From: an uncultured Actinomycetota bacterium | Lineage (GTDB): Bacteria > Actinomycetota > Actinomycetes > Mycobacteriales > Jatrophihabitantaceae | Assembly: GCA_963711775.1 (NCBI GenBank) | Contig: CAVQFH010000003.1 | Location: 87,110 to 151,109, forward strand | Length of the DNA: 64,000 bases | Reading direction: 5' to 3' | Shown: in pieces, positions 11,578-25,591 of the stretch | Layout of the letters: every line of letters starts with the position of its first letter | How positions within the stretch are numbered: the first letter of the stretch is position 1 | Position numbers and translations under genes: made by a program | Notes under the pieces: model-generated | Databases searched by the model: none | The model's input: the letters and a program-made list of their open reading frames with translations, nothing else | What the model was told of the DNA's origin: nothing

Positions 11578-12602
11578 ATGCGAATCGGTGTGCTGACCGG
11601 CGGGGGCGACTGCCCCGGCCTGAACGCGGTGATCCGCGCCGTCGTCCGCAAGGGCGTCGGCGTCTACGGCTACGAGTTCGTCGGGTTCCGGGACGGCTGG
11701 AAGGGCCCGCTCGAGAACATCACGATGCCGCTCGGCGTGCCCGAGGTGCGCGGCATCCTGCCGCGCGGCGGCACGATCCTCGGCTCGTCGCGCACCAACC
11801 CGTTCAAGGTCGACCACGGCTTCGACAAGGTCGCGACCACGCTGCACGACAACGGCGTCGACGCGCTGATCGCGATAGGCGGCGAGGACACCCTCGGCGT
11901 GGCGACCCGGCTCGGCGAGATGGGCGTCAACGTCGTCGGCGTGCCGAAGACGATCGACAACGACCTCAACGCCACCGACTACACCTTCGGGTTCGACACC
12001 GCGGTCAACATCGCCATGGAGGCGATCGACCGGCTGCACACGACGGCCGAGTCGCACCACCGCGCGCTGATCGTCGAGGTGATGGGCCGCCATGCCGGCT
12101 GGATCGCGCTGCACGCCGGGCATCGCCGGCGGCGCGAACGTCATCCTGATCCCCGAGCAGCCGTTCTCGCTGGAGCGGGTGTGCGCCTACGTCGAGAGCC
12201 GCTTCCAGTCGCACTACGCGCCGATCATCGTGGTGGCCGAGGGCGCGACGCCGGACGGCGGCGAGAACGCCACGATCGACAAGGGCCTCGACGCGTTCGG
12301 GCACGCCCGCCTCGGCGGCATCGGCGAGTGGCTGGCCGGCGAGATCGAGAAGCGACCGGCAAGGAGGCCCGCACCACGGTGCTGGGTCACATCCAGCGCG
12401 GCGGCACGCCGTCGGCCTTCGACCGGGTGCTCGCGACGCGCTTCGGGCTGCACGCCGTCGACGCCGTGCAGCGAGCCGCATGGGGCCGATGGTCGCCCTG
12501 CGGGGCACCGAGATCGTGCGGGTGCCGCTCACCGAGGCGACCTCGCAGCTCAAGACCGTGCGGCCCGAGCTGTACGCCGAGGCCGAGGTGTTCTTCGGCT
12601 GA
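11578..12602 (+). CDS. pfkA: 6-phosphofructokinase, frameshifted
   Basis: MRIGVLTGGGDCPGLNAVIR, GVPKTIDND, EVMGRHAGWIA, LGHIQRGG. Confidence 0.93.
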
Positions 12603-12642
12603 CGGTATTCGTCGGCTGACGGTGTTCGTCTGACGCCACGCG

Positions 12643-13350
12643 TCAGTGCAGGATGTTCACCGCCCGCGCGATCACCAGCAGCGACATGATCGATGCGGCG
12701 AGTCGACTCACCCCATCAGCAGCTTCGCCCGGGTGGTGAGCGGCAGTGTGTCGGTCGGGCTGAAGGCGATCGAGTTCGTGATCGACACGTACAGGTAGTC
12801 GACGAACATCGGCATCCAGATCCCATCGATACCGAGCGCCCGCTCGGCGATGTCCTGGCGTCGTCCTGCGGGAACAGGAAGTCGTGCCGCCGGCCGGCGT
12901 CGTCGACGAGGGCAGCCGCGCGACCGCGCCGCCGCGGTCGAGGTCCCAGAACACGAGCGCGAACGCGATCATGTTCGTCACCCAGACCTGCAGTGCCGCG
13001 AGCAGCAGATCCCGCCCGGTGCGCCGGCTGGGTCGAGGTCAGGTCGCGCATCAGCAGGCCGAGCGATACCGTGTTCGTCACGATCATACGGCGGCGAGCG
13101 CGAGGCTCGCCGAGCGCGAGCACCGTGTCTCGGTGGTGAGCCGGGTCGGGTTGACGACGACGACGTGGCGAGCAGTGGCGATCTCGACCGGCGGGGATGA
13201 GCCAGCGCGGGCCGAACAGCAGATCGTGCGGCAGCACCGAGTACGTGCCGGCGGCCACCGCGATCGCGAGCCAGGCCGGCAAGCCGGACCTCGCCGTGGC
13301 GTGCCGCCGTGCGATGCGAGAACGTCGTGACGCGCGCCGGTACCTGCGTC
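12643..13350 (-). CDS. DUF1345-like membrane protein, frameshifted
   Basis: [52 protein letters not shown]. Confidence 0.75.
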
Positions 13351-13404
13351 ACTCCGCGCATCGTCACACGGCCCGCAGCCGCGCGGTGTCCTGGCTCGCC
13401 GTAG

Positions 13405-14778
<1,374 letters not shown>

Positions 14779-14782
<4 letters not shown>

Positions 14783-15786
14783 TCGTCGATCTGCGCTCGG
14801 ACACCGTCACCCGGCCGACACCGCCGCGATGCGCGCGGCGATGGCCGAAGCCGAGGTGGGCGACGACGTCTACGGCGAGGACCCGACCGTCAACGCGCTC
14901 GAGCGCGAGGTCGCCGAGCTGCTCGGACACGAGGCGGGGCTGTTCGTGCCGTCCGGTTCGCTGGGCAACCAGCTCGGGCTGCGGCTGCATGGCCGGGCCG
15001 GGCGAGGAGATCGTCTGCGACGTCACCGGCGCACATCGCGCGCGCCGAACTCGGCGCGGCGGCTGCGTTCGCGGGCATCACGTTCCGCACGTGGCACGAG
15101 CGAGCGCGGCGTGCTCGACGCCGACGTCGGTGCGGGCGCTCATCTCGCCGGACGCCGGGCCGTACCTCGTGTCGACGACGGCGATCGCGGTCGAGAACAC
15201 GCACAACTTCGGCGGCGGCACCGTCCAGCCGGCCGACCAGGTCGGCGACGGTCGTCGAGCTCGCCCGCGCGAACAGGCTGGGGCTGCATCTGGACGGCGC
15301 GCGGCTGTGGAACGCGCACGTCGCGACGGGCACGTCCGCTGCACGACGCTCGCCGCGCCGTTCGACACCGTCTCGGTCTGCCTGTCGAAGGGGCTCGGCG
15401 CGCCGGTCGGGTCGGTGCTGGTCGCGCGCGCCGACCGGATCGCCGAGGCGCGGGTGTGGCGCAAGCGCTACGGCGCCGGGATGCGCCAGGTCGGCATCCT
15501 CGCCGCGGCCGGGCGGTACGCCCTGGCGCACAACATCGAGCGGCTCGCCGAGGACCACGCCGCGCGGCGCGGCTGGCCGACGCGCTCGGCGGCGCCCCGG
15601 CGCAGACGAACATCGTCGTGCTGCACGCCGCCGACGCGCCCGACGGTCGCCGGCAAGGCCCGCGAGGAGGGTGTGCTGGTCTCGGCGCTCGGCCCGCAGT
15701 TCCTGCGGCTGGTCACCCACCTCGACGTCGACGATGCTGGCATCGACCGGGCGATCGACGTGCTCGCGCCACTGCTGAACGATTGA
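14779..15786 (+). CDS. ltaE: Low-specificity L-threonine aldolase, frameshifted
   Basis: [51 protein letters not shown]. Confidence 0.9.
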
Positions 15787-15789
15787 GCG

Positions 15790-16597
15790 ATGACGCGGTC
15801 CCTGCGACCGCCCCGCCACCTCCATGGTGCTCGCCGTCGGCCTCGCGGTCGCCGGTCGTCGCCGCGCGACGGGTCCGGCCGCTGCAGCCGCCCCGTCCGG
15901 CGCTGCACGCCGGATCCGCCCTCACCGCGGGTGATTCGCTGCGCTCGCCGAACGGTGCGTACACGGCGACCACCGGCCGCAGCTTCGCGATGCGGCACCG
16001 CAACCACGTGGTCTGGGCCGCGGCGCATCGGGCCGCGATCCACATCTCGTGTGCGGCGGCAGCGGCGACCTGGTGACCTGTCCGGCCGGCACGTGGTGTG
16101 GTCGAGCCGCACCGGGGCCGCGAGCAGCCTCGTCCTCGGTAACGACGGCGCGCCCGCCTTGCTGTCGCGCGGCGGCACGGTCTGGTCGACGCGGATGGGC
16201 AACAGGTGCCGTCCGGGCGTCGCCGGGAAGAACGTCCTGATCGACCTCGGCCACCAGTTCGCCAGGCTGTGCAGCGACGGACGCAGGTGCTGACGACACC
16301 GATCACGAGCGGTGCGACCGCTCTCGGTGACGGCACGCCGACCGGCACGTGGCGCGTGCAGGGCAAGCAGCGCGACAGCTACCTGTACCCGGCGGCCGGC
16401 GGCGCGTACTACGTCCGGTACTGGATCCCCTACAACGGCGCCTACGGCATGCACGACTCGCCGTGGCAGCAGTTCCCGTACGGCAGCCCGCGCTATCGCA
16501 CCAAGGGGTCGCACGGCTGCGTGCACTTCCCGCTCGCCGCGATCCGTGGATGTATCGATGGATCGGGATCGGAACCGTGGTACAAGTGCGCGCATGA
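15790..16597 (+). CDS. L,D-transpeptidase (YkuD) with N-terminal bulb-type-lectin-like domain, frameshifted
   Basis: [24 protein letters not shown]; [24 protein letters not shown]. Confidence 0.75.
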
Positions 16598-17406
16598 GTT
16601 ACCCACCGCCGCCGCAGGTCCCGCAGCAGCCGCCACCCCCGGGCAAGGTGAAGCTGCGCGGCCACACGGGTATCCGGGTCGGCGCGATCTTGTCCGTTGT
16701 CGGGTTGGTGCTGCTGATCGTCGGCATCGTCGTCATCGCCACGCAGAGCTTCAGCAAGGTCGACGGCTTCCAGCGCATCAGCTTCCGGCAGCAGACCGGA
16801 ACGGTGCACTTCGACTCCGCCGGCGGGTACATCGCCTACTACGAGGCGCCCGGGGTCACCGACAACATCTCCTTCGTACCGGCCGTCGCCATCCTCATGC
16901 GCAACAAGGCGACCGGCGCCCCCGTCCACTTCGTGCCGTACGGCAACAACGCCGACGGCAAGCTCGACCGGCTCACCTACAGCTACCACGGTCATCACGG
17001 AGTCGCGTACCGGCAGTTCCACATCAACGCGCCGGGCACGTACGAGGTGGCAATCCAGGGCAGCAGCGGTGTCGACCAGAACGGGGACGTCGCCTTCGGC
17101 ACGTCGATCGCGAAGGGCACCGTCATCGGCGCCGGAGGACTGGCGATCGGCGCGCTCTTGCTCATCGCCGGGCTGATCGTGCTGCTCGTCGGGCTGCTGC
17201 GCCGGCGTGGGCACAAGAAGCAATTGGCGCACCACGGCAGCTACCCACCACCACCGAGCTACCCGCAACAGGGCTACCCGCAGCAGGGTTTCCCGGCACC
17301 CGGATACCCGCAGCAGGGCTACCCGCCCCAGAACTACCCGCCCCAGAACTACCCGCCGCCACAGCCGCCGCCCCAAGGCGGTCAGTGGCCGCCGCCCGAC
17401 CCGTAG
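16594..17406 (+). CDS. Membrane protein with two TM helices and Pro/Gln/Tyr-rich tail
   Basis: Intact ORF; YPQQG/YPPQN repeats at C-terminus. Confidence 0.7.
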   Translation: MSYPPPPQVPQQPPPPGKVKLRGHTGIRVGAILSVVGLVLLIVGIVVIATQSFSKVDGFQRISFRQQTGTVHFDSAGGYIAYYEAPGVTDNISFVPAVAILMRNKATGAPVHFVPYGNNADGKLDRLTYSYHGHHGVAYRQFHINAPGTYEVAIQGSSGVDQNGDVAFGTSIAKGTVIGAGGLAIGALLLIAGLIVLLVGLLRRRGHKKQLAHHGSYPPPPSYPQQGYPQQGFPAPGYPQQGYPPQNYPPQNYPPPQPPPQGGQWPPPDP

Positions 17407-17407
17407 G

Positions 17408-18439
17408 TCAGCCGGCGAGGTGGGCGGCCGAGGTCCGGCCGAGCAGCGGCGGGATCGTCGTGACCGCCTCGGCGAGCTCGGCGAGCGCATCGCCGAACAA
17501 CGCCTGGGCGCCGTCGCACAGCGCCGCCTCGGGGTGCGGGTGCACGTCGACCATCACGCCGTCCGCGCCGGCGGCGATGCCGGCGCGGGCGAGCGGCACG
17601 ACCAGGTCGCGGCGCCCGGCGGCGTGCGAGGGATCGACGATCACCGGTAGGTGGCTCAACCGCTGCACCATCGCGATGGCCGACACGTCGAGCATGTTGC
17701 GGATCGACGGCTCGAAGCCGCGGATCCCGCGCTCGCACAGCACGATGTCGAGGTTGCCGCGCTGCGCGATGTACTCGGCGGCCATCAGCCATTCCTCGTA
17801 GGTCGCGGTCAGGCCACGCTTGAGCATCACCGGCTTGCCGGTCGCACCGACCGCCTGCAGCAGGGCGAAGTTCTGCATGTTGCGGGTGCCGATCTGCAGC
17901 ATGTCCGCGTGCTCGGCCACGACGTCGACGTCGCCGACGTCGAGGACCTCGGTCACGACGGGCAGCCCCGTCTCGTCGCGCACCTCGGCGAGGATGCGCA
18001 ACCCGTCCACCCCGAGTCCCTGGAAGGCGTAGGGCGAGGTGCGTGGCTTGAACGCGCCGCCGCGCAACAAGGTCGCCCCCGCGTGCTTGGCCAGCAGCGC
18101 CGACTCGAGTGTCTGCTGCGGCGTCTCGACCGCGCACGGGCCCGCGATGAACGTGAACGTGTCCGGACCGATCGGCACCCCGCCGACCCGGATCGTCGTG
18201 CGTCGGGCATGGTTCTGCGCCGACACGAGCTTGTACGGCGCGGTGATGCGCATCGTCTCGACGACCCCCGGCAGGCCGTCGGCGTCGAGGGTCTCCAGCA
18301 CCTCCTCGGTGCCGACCACGCCGATGATCGTGCGCATCACGCCCCGGCTGACGAAGGCCTGCCCGCCGTGGTTGTCGATGTGCGCGACGACGGTGTCGAT
18401 GTCGGAGTCGGTCGCGCCCGGCGCCATCACGATGACCAT
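17408..18439 (-). CDS. aroF: Class I-beta DAHP synthase with N-terminal regulatory (ACT-like) domain
   Basis: IAGPCAVE, RGGAFKPRTSPYAFQGLG, QIGTRNMQNF, LCERGIR, VDPSH. Confidence 0.92.
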   Translation of the reverse strand: MVIVMAPGATDSDIDTVVAHIDNHGGQAFVSRGVMRTIIGVVGTEEVLETLDADGLPGVVETMRITAPYKLVSAQNHARRTTIRVGGVPIGPDTFTFIAGPCAVETPQQTLESALLAKHAGATLLRGGAFKPRTSPYAFQGLGVDGLRILAEVRDETGLPVVTEVLDVGDVDVVAEHADMLQIGTRNMQNFALLQAVGATGKPVMLKRGLTATYEEWLMAAEYIAQRGNLDIVLCERGIRGFEPSIRNMLDVSAIAMVQRLSHLPVIVDPSHAAGRRDLVVPLARAGIAAGADGVMVDVHPHPEAALCDGAQALFGDALAELAEAVTTIPPLLGRTSAAHLAG

Positions 18440-18458
18440 GGGCCGCACCCTATCGAGG

Positions 18459-20488
18459 TCAGACGACCCGCACCTTGACCGTGCTGCCGACCGGTACCTG
18501 CGAACCGGCACCGCTCACGCTGACCACCCGGCCGAGGTGCGCGCCGAGCACCTTGACGATGTCGGCGTGCAGACCCAGGTTCTCCAGCTGCGACTCGTAG
18601 TCCGAGATCGGCTCGAGCGGTTGGACGTCGGGAATCGTCACCAGGCGGGGCCCGCGCGAGACGTGCACCGGGATCAGGCTGCCGTACGGCCGCCGCTGCC
18701 CGCCGAAGTCGACAGCGATCACTCCGCCCGGCGGAACCGTGCTGTCGTACTCGTCGTCGCGGCTGACGAGGAAGTGGTCCTTCTTCAGGATCGCCGCCGC
18801 CTGGTCGTAGGGCATCCCGTTCTCGACGCTCGGCACCGTGATCAACGGCGGCCCCTTGGACACGGTGAACTGCACGGTGGCCGAGCGGCGGATCTGGCTG
18901 TTGCCGGCCGGATCGGTGCTGATCACCAGGCCGGCCTTCACACGGATGCTCGGCTGCACCTTCGGAGTCGGGTCGTAGGCGATGCCGCGGGCGTGCAGGG
19001 CGGCCTCGGCGTCGGGCAGCGTCAGGTTGCGCACGTCCGGCATGGCGATGCGGTCCTTGCCGAGGGACACGACCAACCCGACGGAACCGCCCTGTGCGAC
19101 CCGGGTCCCGGTACCCGGGTCGGTGCGCACCACCATGCCCGCCGGCACGGTCTCGCTGAAGACGTGGGTCACGTTCGGGTCGACCGCGTAGCCGGTCTGC
19201 CGCAGTTCCGCCTGCGCGGCGGCGAGCGACTGACCGGCCAGCTTCGGCACGTGGGTGTCCCATTCGCGCCACAGCCGCACGCCGAGCACGCCGGCACCGA
19301 CCGAGAGCGCACCGAGCAGCAGCACCGCAACGAAACCGACCAACCGCCGCCGCCTGCGGCGCACCCGGGGCGAGAGCTGCCGGCGCGGCGGGATGACGAC
19401 CGGCGGTGGCGGCCCGGGCCGGCGCAGGTCGGTGGTGCGTGCACCGTCGTCGGCGAGCGGCACCGCGCCGACCGCGGTCGGCGCGGCGAACGCAGTGGGC
19501 GCCGTGGACGTGCGCCCGGTGCGTCCGGTGCTCGATACCGGCGCCGCCGGCGGCTGGGGCGGGCGCGCGTAGGAGTTCGGCTGACGCACGCGTGGCGGCA
19601 CCGGCACGACCGGCAGGGCCAGCTCCGCCCGCGCCTCGGCGAGCTCGGCGAGCATCGCGGACGGCGTCGTCGGGGCGCCCGGACGGGTCGCTGTCGGTCG
19701 CGGCGACGACCACCTCGTCGATCGGCGTCGGGATGCCCTTCACCCGCGACGACGGCGCGGGGACCCGGTGGTGCACGTGCTGGTAGGCGACGTTCATCGC
19801 CGACTCGCCGCGGAAGGGCGGCGTGCCGGTGAGCAGTTCGAAGAAGACGATGCCGGCCGAGTAGACGTCCGAGCGCTGGTCGGCACGGCCGCTGCGACAA
19901 CTGCTCGGGCGCGCAGTAGGCGACCGTGCCCATCATCAGTCCCGTGCGGGTGGAGGACGCGTCGGCGTCGATCGCGCGGGCCAGCCCGAAGTCGGCGACC
20001 TTCACCAGGCCCTCGTCGGAGAGCAGGATGTTCTCGGGCTTGACGTCGCGGTGCACCAATCCGGCGCGGTGTGCTGCCGACAGCGCACTGAGCACCGGCT
20101 CCATGATCGAGACGGCCTCGGCGGCCGAGAAGCCGGACCGCTGCGCGTGCCGCTCGCGGATCAGGTCACGCAGCGTGCGCCCGGACACCAGCTCCATCAC
20201 CAGGAACACGTGGTGGCCGGCGGAGTCGTCGACGCCCTGGTCGTACACCGCGACGGTGTTGACGTGGGTGAGGCGCGCCGCAGCGCGGGCCTCGCGCGCG
20301 AACCGGTCGCTGAACGCGGGATCGGCCGAGAGCGAGGAGGACATCACCTTCACGGCGACACGGCGATCGAGCCGCTCGTCGACGGCCGCGTAGACGACCG
20401 ACATCCCGCCGCGCGCGATGCGATCGAGAATGCGGTAGCGGCCCTCGAGCAGGCGGCCGACCAACGGGTCTGCGGTCGCCGTTTGCAC
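18459..20488 (-). CDS. PASTA-domain Ser/Thr protein kinase (PknL-like), frameshifted
   Basis: IARGGMS, VAVK, HRDVKPEN, DFGLA; TM then PASTA repeats. Confidence 0.92.
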
Positions 20489-20572
20489 ACCGGGATTCTA
20501 CGGGCGGGCGGCGCCGGACCCGGTGTAGGCAGCGCCGCGGCAGCCGTATTCTCAGGCGGCGTGGGCAGCGGC

Positions 20573-21426
20573 GTGGACAGCGGTGAGGGCATCGGCACGT
20601 CCGACCCGGCGTTTCGCAGCGGCGAGGTCGAACTGCTCGCAGACGCCGATCGTCCGGGCGGATGGCTGCTGCTGACCGATCGGATCCGGCAGTCCTACGT
20701 CGACCTGGACGACCCCACCTACCTCGATTTCGAGTACGTCCAGGCCTTCGCAGATGTCATCGAACTGTTACCGGACGGGCCGCTCACGATGACCCACGTC
20801 GGCGGCGCGGGCTGCACGCTGGCCCGCTATGTCGCGGCCCGCCGTCCCGGCTCGACCGCAGATCGTGCTCGAACCGGACGAGGCGCTGACCGCGGTCGTG
20901 CGGGCGCGGCTGCCGTTCGCCGCGCGGCGCCCGCATCCGGGTCAGGCCGGTGGACGGCCGGACCGGGGTGGCCGCGCTGCGCGCCGCGAGCGCCGACGTG
21001 ATCGTGCTCGACGCCTATCTCGGCGGGCGGGTGCCGGCCGGAGCTGACGACCGCCGAGTTCCTCGCCGACGTGGCCCGGGTGCTGCGCCCGGACGGGGTG
21101 CTGCTCGCCAACCTCGCCGACGGGCCGCCGCTGCGCTACACCCGGCGCGTGGTCGCGCACCGTGGCCGCGCAGTTGCCGGACGTCGCGATCCGCAGCGAC
21201 GCCGCGGTGTTCCGCGGCCGCCGTTTCGGCAACATGGTGCTGGCCGCCTCGCGGTCGGCGCTGGACATCGCCGCACTCGCCCGGGCCGCGGCGTCGGCGA
21301 TGTTCCCGCAGCGGGTCCTGGCGGGCAGCGACCTCACCGACTTCGCCGGTCGGCGCGCGGCCGCTGACCGACGCCGACCCGATGCGCTCGCCCGCGCCGC
21401 CCGACGAGATCTGGCGCGTGCAGTGA
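20573..21426 (+). CDS. Spermidine synthase-like methyltransferase, frameshifted
   Basis: QSYVDLDDPTYLDFEYV, HVGGAGCTLARY, GRRFGNMVL. Confidence 0.8.
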
Positions 21427-21452
21427 CCGCGGCGATGCGCGAGGATTGGGGC

Positions 21453-22235
21453 GTGACGATCGAGACGAGGACCTGCACCGCGACCGGGGCCGCGCCGAGT
21501 CCTTCGGCTCGGTCGCCGCCGACTACGACCGAGTTCCGGCCGACCTATCCGGACGCGCTGATCAGCGACCTCGTGGAGCTCGGGCCGGCGCCGGGTGCTC
21601 GACGTCGGCGTGCGGCACCGGCAAGGTCGCGATGCCGCTGGTCGGCGTGCGGCATCGCCGTGCTCGGCGTCGAGATCGACCCGAAGATGGCGGCCGTCGC
21701 GCGCACCCACGGGCTGTTCGTCGAGGGGGCGAGTTCGAGACCTGGGACGACGCGGGCCGGACGCTTCGACCTGATCACGTGCGGGCAGGGCTGGCACTGG
21801 ATCGACCCGGCGGCCGCGGTGACGAGAAGGCGGCGCGGCTGCTCAACCCCGGCGGCACGCTCGCCCTGTTCTGGAACCGCGACTGCTTCGACGACGACGT
21901 GCAGCGCCGACCTCGACCGGTCTACGCCGAGCACGCCCCGAGCTCGCGCGGCCACGACCGCGGGCACACAGCGACGAGCCGTTCGTCGCCGCATCTGCGT
22001 GAGACCGGCAGGTTCGCCTCCGTCGACGACCCGCACCTACAGATGGTCGACGACGGTGACGACCGACGAGCTCGTCGGCCGCAGCGGCACCTACAGCGAC
22101 CATCGCGGCTGCCGGCCGAGCAGCGCGAACGGCGTTGCTCGCGCGCGATGCGCGAGCGTGATCGACGCGCGCGGCGGGACGCGTCGACGTGCACTTCAAG
22201 ACGTACACGATCTTCGCGCGGACGCCGGAGACTGA
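21453..22235 (+). CDS. Class I SAM-dependent methyltransferase, frameshifted
   Basis: RAESFGSVAADY, LDV.CGTGK, FDLITCGQGWHWID. Confidence 0.8.
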   Translation: MTIETRTCTATGAAPSPSARSPPTTTEFRPTYPDALISDLVELGPAPGARRRRAAPARSRCRWSACGIAVLGVEIDPKMAAVARTHGLFVEGASSRPGTTRAGRFDLITCGQGWHWIDPAAAVTRRRRGCSTPAARSPCSGTATASTTTCSADLDRSTPSTPRARAATTAGTQRRAVRRRICVRPAGSPPSTTRTYRWSTTVTTDELVGRSGTYSDHRGCRPSSANGVARARCASVIDARGGTRRRALQDVHDLRADAGD

Positions 22236-22239
22236 CCGC

Positions 22240-22581
22240 ATGGAGGCGTGCCATCGATCACGCTTCGCCGAGGTCGCCGAGCAGCTCGGCGTGCCGGTCA
22301 ACCGCGTCCACCAGTACGTGCGCGACGGCCAGCTCGTCGCGGTCGCGCGACGGCGACGGCGGCCCGCGCGGCGTGCCCGCCGCTGTTCGTCCAGGACGGT
22401 GCGGTCGTCAAGTCGCTGCCGTCGGTGATCACCCTGCTGCGCGACGCCCGCTTCGCCGACGAGGAGATCGTCGACTGGCTGTACCGCGCCGACGACACGT
22501 TGCCCGGCGTCGCCGATCGATGCGCTGCGCGCGAACCGCGGCTCCGAGGTCAAGCGGCGCGCCCAGGTCGCCGGTTACTGA
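22240..22581 (+). CDS. Rv2175c-family DNA-binding protein
   Basis: EVAEQLGVPVNRVHQYVRDGQL...VITLLRDARFADEEIVDWL...EVKRRAQ. Confidence 0.85.
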
Positions 22582-22591
22582 CGCGACCGCG

Positions 22592-22918
22592 TTGAGCCAC
22601 CTCACCTACCTGGCGATCCTCGCCGCCTGCCTGATCGGCACCGCGCCGCTGGAGCTGGTGCTGCACGTCGGCGTCTACGCGCAGTGGCGCCGGCTGCTCG
22701 CTGACACTCGTGCCGGTCGTCGTCGTGTTCGCCGGCTGGGACCTCTACGCGATCCTGCCGGGCGGTGGAGCTACGACCGCGCGGTACCTCGTCGGGCTGA
22801 CGCTGCCCGGGCGGCTGCCGCTCGAGGAACTGCTGTTCTTCGTCGTCATCCCGATCTGCGCGGTGCTCACCTACGAGGCCGTGCGTCGCGCCGAGCGGCC
22901 GGACTGGCGAAGCCGTGA
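22592..22918 (+). CDS. Lycopene cyclase domain protein (heterodimeric, subunit 1)
   Basis: Hydrophobic; WDLYAI, LPLEELLFFVVIP. Confidence 0.82.
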   Translation: MSHLTYLAILAACLIGTAPLELVLHVGVYAQWRRLLADTRAGRRRVRRLGPLRDPAGRWSYDRAVPRRADAARAAAARGTAVLRRHPDLRGAHLRGRASRRAAGLAKP

Positions 22919-23231
22919 GCTACACGCTGCTGGCGCTGCTCGGCGTGGTCGCCGTGGCCGTCGTCGACCTCGTGGTGCTGCGCACGAAACTGCTGCTCCG
23001 CAAGGCGTTCTGGGTCGCCTACGTGATCGTGCTGTTCTTCCAGCTGGTCACCAACGGGCTGCTGACCGGCGTGCCGGTCGTGCGCTACGACCCGCACAGC
23101 GATCATCGGCTGGCGCGTGGTGTTCGCGCCGGTCGAGGACCTGCTGTTCGGCTTCGCGCTGGTCGCTGCTCACGCTGTGCGACGTGGGTGTGGCTCGGCG
23201 TCGCGCGCCAGCGCGGCCGCAGGCCGCTGAG
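22915..23231 (+). CDS. Lycopene cyclase domain protein (heterodimeric, subunit 2)
   Basis: FQLVTNGLLTG, VVRYDP, APVEDLLFGF. Confidence 0.82.
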
Positions 23232-24106
23232 CGCCGACGGCGCCGCGGCGGCCGAGCCCGACCGACGCGCCGGTGCGAGAACACGTCGTAGTCGCTGCGC
23301 TCGATCTCGTCGAGGATGCCGCGTACAGCGTGAGCGCCGTGCGCAGGCAGTCGCGCGAGGTCGGGTGCACGAGCTCGATCCCGGCTCGGCGCGGCGGTAC
23401 AGCCCGCGGGCGCGTTCGATCTCCCACGCCAGCAGGTTGCGGATCGGTTCGTCGACCCGGCCGCGGCGCAGCCGGTCGCGGTCGACCCCGAACTGGTCGA
23501 GGCTCTCCTGCGGCAGGTAGACGCGGCCCCGGCGCAGGTCCTCGGCGACGTCGCGCAGGAAGTTGGTCAGCTGGAAGGCGTAGCCGAGGTCGATCGCGTG
23601 CGTCTCGAGCCGGTCCCAGCGGCACCGTCGTCGTCGGCGCGGCCGAGGATCGGCAGCGTCTGCAGGCCGATCACCGCCGCCGAGCCCCACATGTACTGCA
23701 GCAGGTCGTCGTAGGTCGCGTAGCCGGTGACGGTGAGGTCCATGCGCATCGACGTCGAGGAAGTCGGCGAAGTAGCTGTGCGGGATCTGCCAGCGCGCGA
23801 CGGTGTCGAGCACCGCCCGGCAGACCGGGTCGCTGGTCGCGCCCCAGTCGAGCTCGGCGAGGAAGTCGTCGCACCATCGGCCGAAGCCGGTGCCGCCGTC
23901 GCGATCGTCGACCATGTCGTCGACGTAGCGCGCGAAGCCGTACAGCGCGTGCACGTACGGACGCTTGGCCGGCGGCAGCAGCAGCGTGGCCAGGAAGTAG
24001 GTGCGCCCGTGCCGCGCGTTGAGCGCCCGGCACAGCCGGTAGCTCGCCCGCAGCGCCGGGTCGGTGATGCCGGCGGCGTCGAGTTCGCCCGTCAGCGTGG
24101 CGTCAT
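23170..24106 (-). CDS. crtB: Phytoene synthase, frameshifted
   Basis: [48 protein letters not shown]. Confidence 0.9.
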
Positions 24107-25591
24107 CCCGTGACCCGTTGCGCGGCGAGCCGTCCGGACACCAGCACCATCGGCACGCCGACGCCCGGGCTGGGTGTTCGAACCGGCGAAGACGAGGTTC
24201 TCGATGCGCGCGGTCCAGGGTCGACGGCCGGAACGGGCCGGTCTGCCGGAACCGGTGCGAGGCGGCGAACGGCGCGCCGGCGGCGATGCCCTGCGCGCGC
24301 CAGTCGGCCGGGGTGACGACGTGCTGGCACTCGATGCCGTCGCGGAACCGCCGTAGCCGCGCTCCTCGATGGTGTCGAGCATGTGCTCGCGGTAGCGCTC
24401 GCGGTCGACGCGCCCAGTCGATCGAGCGGCCGGTGCGAGGTTGGGCGTGGGGAACAGCGCGTAGTACGTGTGCCGGTCGGGCGGCGCCAGCGAGGGGTCG
24501 GTGAGCGTCGGCGTGGTGAGCAGGAACGACGGATCGCTCATCACCTCGCCGCGGTCGATGATCTCGGTGAAGGTCTGCTCCCACGCCGGCGCCGAACTCG
24601 ATGGTGTGGTGCGCCATGTCGTCGTACGCGGCGGCCGAGCCGACGTGCAGCACGACCGCGCTCGGCGAGTACTGCAGCCGGCGCACCCGGCGCGGGCGTG
24701 TAGCCGGGCGGCAGCAGGTCGCGCATCGCCGTCGGCAGGTCGGCGTTGACGACGACGACGTCGGCGGGGATGCGGTCGCCGTCGGCGGTGATCACCGCCC
24801 GCGCCCGTCCGCCGGACACCTCGATGCGCGGCACCGTCGTGTTGTAGCGCAACTGCACCCCGTGCGCGCTCGCCGCGCCGGCCAGCGCGCGGGGCACCGC
24901 GTGCATGCCGCCCTCGGGGAAGTACACGCCCGCGACGCTGTCCATGTACGTGATCACCGAGTAGATCGCCAGCGCCTGCGCCGGTGCGAGTCCGGCGTAC
25001 ATCGCCTGGAAGGAGAACAGCCGTCGCAGCCGTTCGTCGGCGAAGAAGCTGCCGACCTTGGCGTCGAGCTTGCGGAAGCCGCCGGCCAGCACCAGGCGCA
25101 GCCAGCGGCAGGCCGATCAGCTGCGGCGGGCTGTCGAGGTTGCGGTCGATGAAGTGCGGCATCTCCAGCGCGTAGAGCCGACGGAGGTAGGCGACGAACT
25201 CGCGGTAACCGGCGGCGTCGCCGTGACCGCAGGTGCGGGCGACTCCTCGGCCATGTCGTCGACGTCGGCGCGCACGTCGATGCTCGTGCCGTCGGTGAAC
25301 CGGGCGCGGTAGGCAGGGTCGAGACGGTGCAGGGTGAGCCAGTCGTTCGAGCTGTTCACCGACGGCGGCCAGCGGCTGCGCGACCAGCTCCGGCATGGTG
25401 AGCACCGTGGGGCCGGTGTCGAAGTGGTAGCCGTGGTCACGCAGCAGGCCCGCGCGCCCGCCGGGCACGGGCTCGCGTTCGAGGACCGTGACGTGCCGGC
25501 CTGCGCCGGCCAGGTACAGGGCGGCCGACAACCCGCCCAGCCCGGCGCCCACGACGACGACCGAGTCGGTGGAGCCGGGGACCGTACGCAT
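24103..25591 (-). CDS. crtI: Phytoene desaturase, frameshifted
   Basis: VVVGAGLGGL, FDTGPTVLTMP, QTGPFRP, PGVGVPMVLVSG. Confidence 0.92.
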
